A DNA stretch of 64,000 bases from Eledone cirrhosa (GCA_964016885.1 OZ024756.1:22258001-22322000), one strand, 5' to 3'. Numbered from the stretch's first letter, positions 13,208 through 27,479 are shown. Made by a program: numbers and translations. Notes: generated by a model not told the origin, from the sequence alone.

Positions 13208-13889
13208 TGTTTGGTGTGTATGTAATGAGTGTGTGTGTGAACGTGTTTGTTTATGTAAAAGATAAACCGAAATAAAGCAAACGACGAAGTACAATAAAGA
13301 AATATATTGGTTTAATGCTGTGTATGTATGTGTGTGTGTATGTGTCTGTATGTGTGTGTGTGTCTATGTGTGTGTGTGTGTGCGTGTGTGCGCGCGCTTA
13401 GTTATCTCTAATTTATTTCAATATTATACACATTGCCAACAGAACAACGTGTTTGTCATCTCCAATAGAACGGTAAACAAAACGAGGGTCATTGTTCTAA
13501 TTAATTCAAAAGAACTAAATAAACAGTCAATCATATGTGACTTTACGCTGCATGGACAACGAAACACTCCAAGTGTAAATGGACAAATAATGCAATGAAC
13601 GAATGCACCATTGCTTGAATAAATTTCGTGCAACGAGGAAAAAAATTAAAATTCACAAATGCAATTTTCTGCTATTTTACCTGTGAAAGGCAATTTTATT
13701 TGCAATACACACAAACACTCATACCCAGACGTACCAGCACATAATCACACAGACATATCGATGCAATAACACACACAAATATATATATACACATACATTT
13801 AAACTGACAAAACTATATGCATTCATAAACAAACACAGAAATGCACAGTCACGTACATATAATTACAAACACACATATGCGTTTTTCAT

Positions 13890-14232
13890 TTGGTACTATC
13901 GGTAGATGGTCGGACGCCATGCTTTCCAGCATAGAGATACGGCCCTGTGCGGTCTGAGTTCAAATCCGGCCGAGGTCAATTTTGTCTTTCATCCTTACGG
14001 AGTCGAGAAAATAAAACACCAGTAACGTACTGGGGTCGATTTAATTGACTTTCCCCTCCCCCGAAAATTACTGGCCTTGTGCCGATATAAAAAAACAAAA
14101 AACATTTATATATAATCGTTTCTGCTTTTGGCACAAGGCCAGCAAATATACCAGTGCATTACAGGTACTTTATTTTCATCGACCTCGTAAGGATGAAAGG
14201 CAAGGTTAACTTTGGTGGGATTTGTACTTAGA
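13890..14232. mobile_element. Tail-to-tail pair of S1 SINEs (+ then -)
   Basis: S1 core on + at about 13890-14095 and on - at about 14117-14232. Confidence 0.75.
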
Positions 14233-14791
14233 TCCTCTCAGCTATCTCTCCTGCAATATTATCCGCTCTCCGCGTTTTACGGCCAACCTCTTAACTATCA
14301 CCACTCACAGATGTAAACATCTATACACTTCATGGGTACACTGCTGTGTCTTACTTGTCTAATCTGCTTTTAACTCCATAACAACTCCCGAATGTTTCCC
14401 TTTTTCAGTTTACGCTGCAATATTTTTCCGTTCGCACGAACCATTACCATTCTACACGTACCTAGGTGTTCAATTGGTATTTTATCCTGAACATCTAAAA
14501 ATATTATACGTTGAAACAAATTACTAACAATATGGTTTGTTTTATATTAAAGAAACTGGTCACAGAATAAACATCGAATTAGAGAACACTTGTTGAGAAT
14601 CCGACACAACAACAGTCGGTCAGTTAATAAAGGGAGGGAAAATTCAAAGTTTCGGTCAGTGGCCTTTGTCAAGAAGTGTCAAACGAAAAGGAAAGAGTGA
14701 AACAAGATTGTCACAGTTTTTCATCGTTTTATATATTCATAATTTTATAAAACTTTTCCTCTCCACTCTTGACATTTAAATAGCAGTGATA

Positions 14792-14950
14792 CAGGTAAAA
14801 TTACGTTATAACGAATTTTTCAGTGTAACGAAAATGTTCAATCCCCGGTCACCAGTCGATGTGTTTCGGTCAATCTCGTTATAAAGAACTTTTCGGTTCA
14901 AAGAATATATATTTATACCCTGTGAATTTCGTTATAACGGAATTTCACTG
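14792..14950. mobile_element. Pogo/Tigger-like MITE
   Basis: TA target duplication; TIRs CAGGTAAAATTACGTTATAACGAA and TTCGTTATAACGGAATTTCACTG; internal subrepeats of the TIR motif. Confidence 0.75.
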
Positions 14951-16607
14951 TATATGTTTCATCTTTGTCTGGAACTATATCTTCTCATGGAATATGTTTA
15001 TAAGGAATCACGTCGTGCTATTAGCGGCGTATTCCAAAGGTGAATCTTCCTATCCACAGCATGAAAGAAAATTGGGCACTGAATGTTTACCTCTTCTCAG
15101 AATACATGAATAAAATCTAGTAAACAATTCATAGACTACACTGTTCTATTTCATATGATAATGCAAAAATATAGCTTCCCCCCACCTCTTGATATCTGCG
15201 TGTATATACTGATTCACCATCTTCGCAGATTAGCCTGATACAATCAAATACCCTTGATACAAGACTGAGCTGCTCCTATTCGTAGGATCTGATTTATAGG
15301 AGCCCACGAATAAGCATTTACTAAACCTTCCTTAAATATCACCTTATCGTCTAAAGATAGAGGCATATTTTGCCAATGTAGATTGTGAATACAAAAGAAG
15401 GGATGGTCCCCACTCCCAAACCCTTATTCATATATCTGCTTGATCAGGACTGACTTGGATCTTAACATAAATCAACAACACGCGTTTACGCCCTCGTAAA
15501 ATTGAATCGGAAAGTGTTACGATAGCTAGGTTTGTCAACATGATTTACTTGGCCTTAGGTTTTATCTGTTGCGAATCCGTGCCGGAACTAATAGCGTCTT
15601 TAGATAAACACTGTTCAATAATGTCAACCAATGTAATAAGGTACGTGATCAGTATTCGTATTTAAGTCACGCACTGGTTCTTATTTCCTCCGTCTCTTCG
15701 ACACCGGTCATCTTAGCATTCATGAAACATTGTAAATATTTGTGAATTTCTCAACACCAAAGTGAAGCTAAATAGATTTCTGTTAATATTTCATCAGAGA
15801 ACTTTTTTTACATTTCACTTAGCCTCTGTTTACCTGTCTTTCAGTTATCATTAATTTATTTCACTTACTGTCTCTCCCTCTCTTTTCTTCATAATTCTTT
15901 CTTTGCTACATTATTTTTATTTTATTTTCTTTCTCTCATTATCAGTAACATTGCAGTTTTTAGTGTTATTTACTGAGGTAGACGTGTTAAGAAAATGAAA
16001 CTGATTAATGACAGTATGGACATCAGGTCTGTAAGAGCGTGTATGAAGTAAGTCAATGAGTTAACGAATGTGCAAGTGAGTATGTATGAGTGCACGTGGT
16101 TGTACGTTCGTGTAGGACAGGCCTGGAGCGGAAGAACTCCTTAATAGGTAATTAGCTTCATAGAAACGCATTGCAACTAAAAAAATAAAAAAAGCCAAGA
16201 TTTATGTATTATTCTTGGGTTTTGTATTTTATATTTAGTCAACGGTTCTATCTTTTAAGAACCGGCAATTGGTATTTATTCACTAAAACGACAGCGAATA
16301 ATTGACGATATTCTGTATAGATTATTGTTTTTTCTTCTTTCCTGCAACATAATCTACTTCTTTCCTGCGACATAATCTATTCCTTTCCTGCAACATTTGA
16401 CTTGTAGTTGATTAAATTTGATTTGGTGAAATGTAGTTGAAAAGAGGTCTTGAATTAATTTTGTTGCTGAAAGTCGATTTCTAAAATTTTTGTTCGATTT
16501 CTCACGTTCAACAATCAATAGCATTAATTAAAATTTTATTTAGATTTTAGTTAATAATTATTCAACTTGCTTTAATTATTTTCCCTAGTATTATAATGTT
16601 TTATAAT

Positions 16608-16792
16608 CGGTGGATTGGCAGTATCGGTAGAGGATCGGACGCCTTGCCTTCCAGCATAGTTACGCCCCTTTACGATCTGAGTTCAAATCCCACCGAGGTT
16701 GACTTTGCTTTTCATCCTTACGGGGTCGATAAAATAAAGTACCAGTAATGCACTGGGTAATTGCTGGCCTTGTGCCTAAAGTGGAAACAATT
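16608..16792 (+). mobile_element. S1 SINE, near-consensus
   Basis: Complete copy with A box, B box, core and tail. Confidence 0.9.
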
Positions 16793-17879
16793 AATTTAAC
16801 TGTATTAGTAATATAACTAATTATACTACTGTGAGATCTCATTTAAATGTATCTTTTCATATAATGGTTAGGTTTGACGGAAGGATACATTCATGGACCC
16901 ACGCAAACCCCTGGGTGATTGACATAATTAATATTTCTCTTAAACAGCTGCAGGCGAAAATGCCTGTAACTCCATAGACAAGCATTAATTAGTTCGACAA
17001 CAATCACTGCGGTCCTAGTATTGCACATATGAATAGTCAATCATTTAGAAATCTGCTTTCACGTAATTAATATATTATGTAATGTCGTTCTTCATTAATA
17101 TTCTCTCTAGTGATTAATTAACTTCAGTATCTCAGCATAAAGACACCTTATTTCAGTATATAATACAATATCATCTCCATATCTAGCTATCTATTTACCT
17201 ACCTATCTATCTACCAACCTATCTGTATTCTTACCTATTTGACGTAATTCTAATTACGATTAAATATATATTTCACTGCACATAATTATATATTCATGTT
17301 ATCAACTAATCAATAATATTTAATTCGCAAGATTAAATATATATATATATATGCATATATGCGTGTTTATATACGAATTTAGTGTCGAGAGTTTTCGTAG
17401 ACTAGATAAAAGCGCTCTCTATATTGTGTATTATTATAAACAAATTAATAACTCTATGCGCACTCTACTGATACTATAAATCCACTGAGTTTCATTGTGC
17501 TATTTCTTTTGATATTGTAGTGTTTCTTCCATTGTCTAGTGTTTGCTTACTGTTAGTTGTGCTATTGTGTTGCGTGAGGTATATGTTCCGTATATGCTGT
17601 ATTGTCAGGTTTGTGTATCTCTGTGGCTGATGTGTAGTTTATGTAGTATTAGTACGTATCATCTATCTAGCATGCTGGTTGTATCAGTTACCGATGCTGC
17701 AATGTCGGATGTGTATAATGTAAGTGCATGTGTTGCTTTCATTATAATTTCATTACGAGGTTAACTTTGCCTTTCATCCTTACGGGGTCGATAAAATAAA
17801 GTACCAGTAATGTACTGATTAACTGCTGGCCTTGTGCCTAAAGTAGAAACAATTATAATTTCATTATTATTATTATTAC

Positions 17880-17919
<40 letters not shown>

Positions 17920-18299
17920 GCTTCTTCGCTCAGCTTCTAAAGCTGGAGATGTATTACAATGTTAGATGTTCATTACAGTGAAGTTAGGTAACACCCCCTA
18001 TTATTATCATCAACATTATTATTGCCAATAATAATAGCATTGAGGGTTCCGTGTTAAGATGTTTCACAAAACGCCCTGTAGCATTTAATTGGGCTCTTTC
18101 TAATCTAAATTCAATTCCCGCCTAGATCGATGCTTGCCTTTCAACCTCCTTGTGGCAATGAAATGAAATACATGCTCCATTAATGAGTCGATATAATCGA
18201 CTCCTGCAATGTGTTGCCTGGTGCTTATATTCGTGTTCATTAATTAGATAGATAGCAGAATCGGTAAAGTGTCCGATAGAATTAATTAAAATAGGTAGC

Positions 18300-18747
18300 A
18301 AAAGACTGATAACTTTAAAAAATCCGGTACAATGCAGTAGAAAAATACGCAGGGCAAATGGCATTTCAGTCATGAAATACAATGTTAGAATAACTGGGTA
18401 AAATATTACCTCGTTTTGTATGTCATCATTTGCCCTTCCTAGGATACCACGTAGCCCTGTTATGTTATAATACGCTGGGCAAAACTTGACTTTGTTTTGT
18501 TCTATTTTTCATCATTTGCCCTTCCTATTTTTCTACCACACAGCCCTGAAATATGTTAGAATATATTGGGTAAAACATACTTTCGTTTTGTTTTGTATGT
18601 CATCATTTGCCCTTCCTAGGATACCACATAGCCCTGAAATATGTTAGAATACACTGAGCAAAACTTTATTTTGTTTTATTTGTCATCATTTACCTTTTGT
18701 ATTTTTCTTCTGCATTGTACTGGCTTTTTGAAAATTATTAGTTTTTT
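18300..18747. mobile_element. Foldback/MITE-like element with ~60-bp TIRs and four internal ~85-bp tandem repeats
   Basis: AAAAGACTGATAACTTTAAAAAATCCGGTACAATGCAGTAGAAAAATAC is mirrored at 18700-18747; internal unit ATGTTAGAATA...CATCATTTGCCCTTCCTAG...AGCCCTG. Confidence 0.65.
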
Positions 18748-18923
18748 ATTACATATCTCAATGCTTCGTATTAACTATACTAATCTAATTAAAATATTTA
18801 TCTATTTATCCGTTTATTTATTACATTCCGGATTGAGATCATACCGAGGTCGAATACGTCTTTCATCAGCCTGAGGGTATTAGGCTCTTTATATAAAGAG
18901 TCTTAAAACCTCGTATCCCGCTG

Positions 18924-19770
18924 GAGACTTCTGGTATCCTTGGTCCTAGGGCTACCTCCCTACTCACCACCATAGGCGCTGAGCTGGCTAGCTGCAGGTG
19001 TGAAGCTCGCGAGATGGAATGGCTCTTCCAGCGTATATCCCTGACCATCAACCGGGGAAACGCCTTCTCTATTCTGTCCGCCTGGGCGGCTAGCATGTAG
19101 GATCCTATTTGTTCATAATTGTTTCTACTTTGGGCACAAGGCAGAGCAATTACCCAGTACATTACTGGTACTTTATTTTATCGACCCCGTAAGGATGAAA
19201 GACAAAGTTAACCTCGGCGGGATTTGAACTCAGACCGCAAAGGGGCGAAACTATGCTGCAAAGCATAGCGTCCGACCCTCTACCGATACTGCCAATCCAT
19301 CGCTATTTGCGCATAATAATTGTTTCTACGTTAGCCACAAGGCTAGCAATTACCCAGTGCATTACTGGTACTTTATTTTGTCGACCCCGTAAGGATGAAA
19401 GGCAAAGTTAACCTCGGCGGGATTTGAACTCAGACCATAAAGGGCCGTAACTCTTTGCTGCAAACATGGCGTCCGACCCTCTACCGGTACCGCCAATCCA
19501 CATAATTGTTTCTACGTTAGGCACAAGGCCGGTAAATTACCCAGTGCATTACTGGTATTTTATTTTATCGACCCCGTAAGGATGAAAGGCAAAGTTAACC
19601 ACGGCGGGATTTGAACTCAGAATGGCAAGGGCCGTAACTCTATACGTCAAAGCATGGCGTCCGACCCTCTACCGATACTGCCAATCCACATAATAATGAG
19701 AGATGGGGTGGGCGAGAGAGATGGAGGCGATGAGAGTGGGTGTTCGGTTCCTCTGTGCCCGGACCTAATG
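18924..19770 (+). mobile_element. CRE-clade LINE 3' end interrupted by three SINEs
   Basis: 18924-19100 translates ETSGILGPRATSLLTTIGAELASCRCEAREMEWLFQRISLTINRGNAFSILSAWAASM*; the 3' UTR resumes at about 19690. Confidence 0.8.
19118..19689 (-). mobile_element. Three tandem S1 SINEs
   Basis: Three reverse-complement copies separated by CATAAT-containing junctions. Confidence 0.9.
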
Positions 19771-19879
19771 TACGTGTGTGGGTATGTTTACTTCTATTCA
19801 TTCGATATTTTGGGCTTGGTATTCACTTGTCAATAAACATTACTTAACCCTTCATCATTCCTGGATTAAATTATTAACA

Positions 19880-20190
19880 TACAAAATTGTTGGCCTTGTG
19901 TCTAAATCAGAAACCATTATTATTTCTTTAACGCGGTACCAGTAATGCACTGGATAATTGCTGGCCTTGTGCCAAAAGTAGAAACAATTATTTCTTTAAT
20001 GCGGTGATTGGTAGTATCGGTAGAGGGTCGGACGCCATGCTTTCCAGCATAGTTACGTCCCTTTACGATCCGAGTTCAAATCCCGCCGAGGTTGGCTTTG
20101 CCTTTCATCCTTACGGGGTCGATAAAATAAAGTACCAGTAATGCAATGGGTAATTGCTGGCCTTGTGTCTAAAGTAGAAACCATTATTAT
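19880..20190 (+). mobile_element. S1 SINE plus two 5'-truncated tails
   Basis: Full copy at about 20002-20185 preceded by tail-only fragments. Confidence 0.8.
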
Positions 20191-20817
20191 TTCTTTAATG
20201 CATTTCTCAAACGAGAATAGATTTAATAAATACAAAAAAAATATATATATCTATATAAAAGTAAACTTTTATTTTTAGCTTCGTTTATTTTCGAGGTCAC
20301 TCCATCTAGACGAAACAGTGATGAATAAGTTTGAAAAGTAGTAAAGCGAGATGATGCTTGAGAAAGATTATATCGATAATGTATAATTAATTACTGATGC
20401 TAATTATAAAGAATCCTTTTAATAGCGAATTGTCATATTCAATTAGAGATAAAATCTTCTAAAGGACATATTTCTTTTGTTGGCACATTCTCTGGTTTGA
20501 TGTATGCATTAATTTCATTGTTTCTATAGATTCTTTTTGTTTCTTTATATTATCATTACAATAAATAACCTATCTTATGTCAAATTGATCCGTGCTTTCG
20601 TAATACACCTGTTGTGAAGATCATGCAAGTATTTATGCTATTATGCAGGGCATTCATATGCTTTCGTTATGTGTGTGTGTAGGTGTATGTATATTTTGTA
20701 GGGCAAATTAGCCTGAAACACAATCACGACTTTCCCCTGCATCCTTTATTCATTTGTTCACCATAATCATAGATGATTAGGGACTATATTCATATCAATC
20801 TCATCCTCTCTCCGATT

Positions 20818-20864
<47 letters not shown>

Positions 20865-21149
20865 CACACACACCTATATACATACATACACACACCTATA
20901 TATATATATATATAAATACACAAAGTGTTAAAGCTAAAATTTGATCGTTTCAACACTGTATCTCAGCTCTGTAAAACACTTGAAAATTTGCATTGAGCCT
21001 TTTGTCATACCGGTAACAGGCTAGTACTTAGTACAACCCTCCGTAGTTATAGCTGTAGTAAACATATATAACTATTCTTATTACTATATATACACACACA
21101 TATATATATATATATATTTTGAGTTTATGTTGTTTGTATACCAACACCT

Positions 21150-21187
<38 letters not shown>

Positions 21188-21829
21188 TATATAGGTATGT
21201 TTTTATATATATAGGATGGTTTCTGCTCTCAATATGTAAACTAAACGACTAAATCTGGTTTTTGAAAAAAATCAACAGAGACAACCAAGAAAAATTACCG
21301 ATTTTCTCCTCCCTCCCTCTCCTTGTTATTTGGGACACGAGAGTAGCTATTATGAAAGACATAGAATGATGGATAAAGTCGAACTTAATAAGGACTGTGC
21401 TTGTTCTATATCATTGTGAGCTTATTAATTTTTCCTTGTACAGTTTGAAGATCAAGCTAATTATCTGAGGGCATTCTGCCAAGAGGCTACAGACCGATTA
21501 AAGGTTTTAAGACCTCCTGAGTGATGTATCTTTATATATGAAGGGTCACTGGTGGGGAATATACGCAGCCTCACGACACGGCTGCAAATGCGATATTTGG
21601 GGGCACATCAAACGGATTAAGTTTGCTGAAGTCGAACTTGGGGTGCCTCTAAACCATATAAATGGCACAAGTTGCCTCAGTATGGGCTGGGGACGGCTCC
21701 TTTTCCCATGTTGTAAAAACTATGTTTTTACCTACTACAATATATTGTTGCACCACCCCATAACCCGTTTATTATAAGTCGTCCTTATACGTTTTAAATT
21801 TTATCTCATACATTTTGTACTGTAGTAGT

Positions 21830-22315
21830 AGGGTCGATAATATAAAGCACCAGTAATGAACTGGGGTTGATTTAATCGACATTCCCCTATCCCTAAATTG
21901 CTGGCCTCGTGCCTATAGTAGAAATCATTATTATGATTATCAGCAAGCGTGGTGGTTTGGCAATATCAGTAGAGCGTCAAAAACCATGCTTTTCAGCATA
22001 GGGTTATGTCCCTTTACGTTCAGAGTTCAAATCCGTCGAGGTTAACTTTGCCTTTCAGCCTTACGGGGCCGAAAAAATAAAGTACCAGTAATACACTGGG
22101 TATTTGCTGGCCTTGTGCCAAAAGTAGAACCATTATTTTGGCAGCATCGGTAATGCGTCAGACACCATGCTTTGCAGTATAGAGTTATGGCCCTTTACGA
22201 TCTGAGTTTAAATCCGGCCGAGGTTAACTTTGCCTTTCATCATTAAGGCGTCGATAAAATAAAATACCAGTAATGTACTCGGGTAATTGCTGGCCTTGTG
22301 CCAAAGTAGAAACAT
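21830..22315 (+). mobile_element. Three tandem S1 SINEs
   Basis: Core motif repeated at about 21830, 22050 and 22230. Confidence 0.8.
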
Positions 22316-22599
22316 TTATGATTATCAACACTTCTGAAGTCACGCCTCCCCTCCTTATCCACGTACACTGCTACTACTACTGCTCTGCTCTTACTACTAC
22401 TACTGCTGCTACTGCTACTACTACTGCTGTCACCTCTGATTGAAGACATTTGTGTAATGTGAAATCTTTATCAATTCAAAGAACCCGTATTCGAAGAAAT
22501 CCTCCCCGTTGTAACACAATAGCTTCCGCTTTCGGAAGCAATTAGAGTGAAATATTCTTTAATCCAGGTCAGGTATTGATTAGACAATCGATAATTTTG

Positions 22600-25020
22600 T
22601 CAAGATTTATGTTGTTGTTGTTGTTATTTCCATTGTTGTCGATGTTGTTGTTGTTGTTCTTATTTCCATTGTTGTCGATGTTGTTGTTGTTTATGTTGTT
22701 GTTGTTTATGTTGTTGTTTTTGTTGTTGTTTATGTTGTTGTCGTTTATGTTGTTGATGTTTATGTTGTTGTCTTTCATGTTGTTGTTGTTTATGTTGTTG
22801 TCGTTAACGATTTCCTTTATCCTTCTATATTGGCGTCATTTGTTCTAGCTGTAATATGTCTTGTTTCTATTGTTGTTAAACCATGTCGGTCGCTCTTGTT
22901 AAAGTCGTTCTTATTGGTGTTGTTGGTGTTGTTGTTAATGGTGTTGTTGCTGGTGTTGTTGTTGGGGTTGTTTTTGTTGTTATTGGTGCTGCTGTTGTTG
23001 CTGTCGTTATTGGAGTTGTTTTGTTGTTATTAATGTTGTTATTAGAGTTATTTTTGTTGTTATTAAAGTTGTTTTTGTTGTTATTGAAGTTGTTTTGTTT
23101 TTGTTGTTATTGAAGTTGTTTTGTTGTTGGTGTTCTTGCTGTTGTTGCTGTTATTGGAGTTGTTTTATTGCTATTGAAGTTGTTGTTGGAGTTGTTTTTG
23201 TTGTTATTGGTGATGTTTTTCTGAAAGGATCATGATGCTTGCTATTTCTGTTAAGAGAGAGAGAGGAAACTGTGTCAACTTGTAAGAATGGGAGGTTCCT
23301 GTTTAGAGATAAGGGATATTTAAGTCTATTAATGAAAGTCACGACTGGCTATTTAGATGCTGACCCGCCACAAACTAACAGCAGATTCAGTTGATAAAAA
23401 ACGTTCCTACCATTTCATAATACCTTCAGTCTGATAAATGTGTCTTAACACGGAAGAGCCGAACTCCCAATGTCATCGCCTCCATCTCTCTCACACTCCC
23501 AATCTCTCTGTATTATGAGAAAATAGGGTCCAACACGCTGGCCGCACCACATCCCTGACGGACAGAATGGAGAAGGGGTTTCTCCGGAGAATGGTAAGGG
23601 AGATGCGCTGGAAGAGCCATTCCTTCTCGCGAGACTCACACCTGCGGCTAGCCAGCTCAGCGCCTATGGTGGTAAGCAGGGATGTATCCTTAGGGCCAAG
23701 GACAACAGAAGTCTCCATTGCTAGGGGCACGTCCGCAAACCTGTTGGAGAGCGACCGGTACTTGGAGAGTTTGGTCTCCTCAGCCCGAAGTGCAGCAGAA
23801 CCTGGGTTAGTCGCAGACTGCACCAGGTTGCGGCTGGAGAAAGTGTCGTTGCAAGTGGCATCTCGGACGAGGGGTTTTCCACCGTAGAACGGGAAGATAC
23901 CTGAAGTTATTGATGTCGTTGCTGTTGATGTTTTGGTTGTTGCTATTGTTGTAGTACTTAGAATTCTTATAGTTTCCTGTTAATTTTTTTTTTATGCTGT
24001 ATGTTGTCACCATTGTTGTTGCTGTTATTCGTGTTGTTGTCATGATTACCTCTATCATTAGAATTGATGTTGTGGTTATTGTTGATGTTGCTGCTGATGT
24101 TGCTTTTAACGTTATTTTTGCAATTGCCTTTATTTGTATTATCTTTTATATTAAATCTGTCGTTATTTTCGTTGCTATTGCCGTTATTATTGCTGTTGTT
24201 GTTATTGTTGTTATTGTTGTTGCTATTGCTGTTATTGTTATTGCTGTTATTGTTGCTATTGTAATTGTTGTTGCTGCTATTGCTGTTATAAGTGTTGTTG
24301 TCGTTGGCATTGCTGTTATTTATCTTGATGTTGCTGTTATTGTCGTTGCTATTGCTGTACTATAAGGTTATTGTTTCTGTTAATTTTTAACTCGAGGCAT
24401 GGTTTCTGAATATATTTTTTCTTAGAGCGGTTGTTGTCATTATAGTTGATTGTTGTTTTTGTTGTTGGTGTTGTTTTTGTTGTAGTAGTTGTTATAGTTG
24501 CTTTGTTGTTAATGTCTTTGTTGTAGTAGTTATAGTTGTTTTGTTGGTGGTGTTAATTTAGTTTTTTAAAACCTCCGTGTTATTTCGTTGTTCATGTTAT
24601 TGTTGTTGGTGTTACAGCTTTAATTCTCAGTGTTAAGGTGTTTTTTTTCATAGCAGTCGTTGCCATTAGTAGTAGTAGTAGTTGTTGTAGCTATTATATT
24701 TTATAGCAGTTGTTGTCTTTAAAGTTATTGTTGTTATACTTGTAACGGCTGCTACTTGTCGTAGCAGTTGTTTTTATTGGTGTTATACTTTTTATAGCAG
24801 TTGTCATTAAAGCTGTTGTTGTAGCTGTTGTTGTTGTTGTTATAATTGTTCGCTTGTTGTTGTTATAATTGTTGTAGCGGTTTTTGTCATTACAGTTGTT
24901 CTTGTGTCATTTGTGATGCCATTGTTGTTATTACAGTTGTCATTGCAGTTGTTATACTTGTAGCGGTTGTTGTCATTACAGTTTTTGTTATTATACCTGT
25001 ACCATTGTTGTTATTACAGT
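22600..25020. repeat. Degenerate (GTT)n / (TGTTAT)n low-complexity region
   Basis: Direct inspection; explains the poly-L, poly-V and poly-N ORFs. Confidence 0.85.
23447..23887 (-). mobile_element. CRE-clade non-LTR retrotransposon 3' end (restriction-like endonuclease domain and UTR)
   Basis: GKPLVRDATCNDTFSSRNLVQSATNPGSAALRAEETKLSKYRSLSNRFADVPLAMETSVVLGP...WLFQRISLTILRRN matches the RLE motifs D-x-T, AExxKxxKY, PxAxETxG and QRxSxxIQRGN of CRE-type elements. Confidence 0.85.
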
Positions 25021-25559
25021 TTTAGCCCCCCCCCCCACACACACACACACACTCACCCACGTAACATTATATTAATATGTGTGCTACTGGTCCCAGAATG
25101 CTGAAGGACAAATTTAAGTGACAGGAAACCAACCCAGAGGGTAAAGGGAGATAACTAAATATCACAAAGAAATCTACACAATTCGCCATTAGGAAATTTG
25201 CTGTCATTTTTAACTTTCCAAACAAGTACGTAGATATTTTCAGGAATCGGTTATGATGCAGTTCGGAAAATCGATAACACGTGTTGACAGGGAGAATATT
25301 GTATTGATTCAGGAAGGATTAAATGCAAATTGAACAACGCCGGTATTTATAAGATAAGTAAATATGACAAGGGATTTACTTGTCAGGCCTTCAACACTTA
25401 ACTCGTTATTGTGACGTAGGGACGCCCCCGTAACACAGAATTTGACTTGGGCATGTCAAACATGGCGATTGTCATCCCACTTTAGGTTTGACAACAGCTG
25501 ATGTTTTCGTTAAGAGAGAGAGAGAGAGCGAGTGGAGAGAAGAGGTAGGAGAGGGGCAG

Positions 25560-25600
<41 letters not shown>

Positions 25601-25605
25601 TTCAC

Positions 25606-25638
<33 letters not shown>

Positions 25639-26379
25639 TAAAGAATCGGCCCTAGTAACGAAGTGCTACTTCATCGACACCGATTCTGGAAGCATGTAAA
25701 GAAAAACTGAAACATGTCGTATTTGAAATCAGTGGGCAGAAACGAACACTGCAAAGTGTTCTATCGAACCCTCAAACGTATCTGCTAACTCACTATTTTA
25801 CACGGGTTTTAGATCGACGTGTATTCCTATCTTATTTCTGCAGTTCATCTCAAGACTATTATGTTAGAGTATAGTCGTGGCTATGATGAAAGGTAATTGG
25901 AAATGACCAGGTGCACAGTTTAATAAGAAAACTTCTCAGTGATTCTTATAAAGGTCTCTTATCAAGATGAACGTATTATAATCATGCATAAAAATAACGA
26001 ATGTTTTACATTTGAAAGAAAACAAATAGAAAACACTGACCAAATCTGAAAATGGGATTAACACATGGTTTACTGTTTGATAAATGTATAATTATGTGGG
26101 TAATGTTACACGGGTGGGATAGTTAGACTCATAGAAATATGATACGTGGTGTAGAGTCGAGAGGTTCATGTAAAATATACATATATATCAACAAGTATTA
26201 GCAGGGGAACCTTATGCTAGTCCCGTCAAATTATCATTATTATTATCCAGCCGAGGTTAACTTTGCCTTTCATCCTTATGAGGTCGATAAAATAAAGTAC
26301 CAGTAATGTACTGGGTATTTGCTGCCTTCTGCCAAAAGTAGAAACAATTATTATTATTCAAATATATATATGTATATAC

Positions 26380-26592
26380 AACAAAGAGGGTGTGGTAAGA
26401 TACCAGGTGGACCATAACGCACCAGAGTACTCAATACTTAGGGTAGTAGAGTGGGTAATAGGAAAAGAGTCAAGACCCCGACGGATGAGGTCCGACACTC
26501 TCGTACGTTATAGTACACTGGTATGATACCGTTCGGATCTAGCTGTCGAAACGGTCTGAGATCAGCCGTCAGGGTCCTGACTGTTTTTCTAT
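26380..26592 (-). mobile_element. Family A palindromic mini-element (asymmetric centre)
   Basis: Family A tail plus arms GACCCCGACGG and CCGTCAGGGTC; carries CTAGCTGTC-GAAAC-GGTC. Confidence 0.75.
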
Positions 26593-26607
26593 TTATATAT
26601 ATATATA

Positions 26608-26975
26608 TAATTGTTTCTACATTTGGTACAAGGTCAGCAATTATCCCAGTGTATTACTGGTACTTTATTTTATCGAAACCGTAAGGATGAAAGGCAAAGT
26701 TAACTTCGGCGGGATTTGAACTCGGACCATAAAGGGACGTAACTCTTTGCTGCAAAGCATGGCGTCCGACCCTCTACCAATACTGCCAAATATATATAAT
26801 GTAATATAATTGTTTCTACTTTTGGCACAAGGCCAGCAATTAACTAGTACATTACTGGTACTTTATTTTATCGACACCGTAAGGATGAAAGGCAAAGTTA
26901 ACCTCTGCGGGATTTGAACTCAGAATGGCAAGGGCCGTAACTCTATGCGTCAAAACATGGTGTCCGACCCTCTAA
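26608..26975 (-). mobile_element. Two S1 SINEs
   Basis: Reverse-complement S1 motifs present twice. Confidence 0.85.
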
Positions 26976-27287
26976 TGTAATGTAATACACATTTGAGAAT
27001 ATATCTAATACAGTAAAACACAGTAGAAGACGTATCAAATGCCCACCATAGAACATATCTCACATTACAACAAAGGAGTACATGACTAATACACACCACA
27101 GAACACATCACGAACAATACAACACAGGAGAACACATCTCTAATATATACCAGAACATAACTTGTATACACTAAACCAAAAGAGAACACATATTGAATAC
27201 ACACCATAGAATACATCGTACACAGATATATTTACGTACATGTCGATACGAATATATAGACATATACACATACACATATACATACAT

Positions 27288-27334
<47 letters not shown>

Positions 27335-27431
27335 CACACCCAGACACATACATACTCGCATATACACACCCAGATACATACATACACACATATACACACC
27401 CAGATACATACATACACACATATACAAATAT

Positions 27432-27479
<48 letters not shown>

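Noticed and set aside
22569-24365. Hydrophobic poly-L/V ORFs resembling membrane proteins
   Set aside because: Translations of (GTT)n low-complexity DNA.
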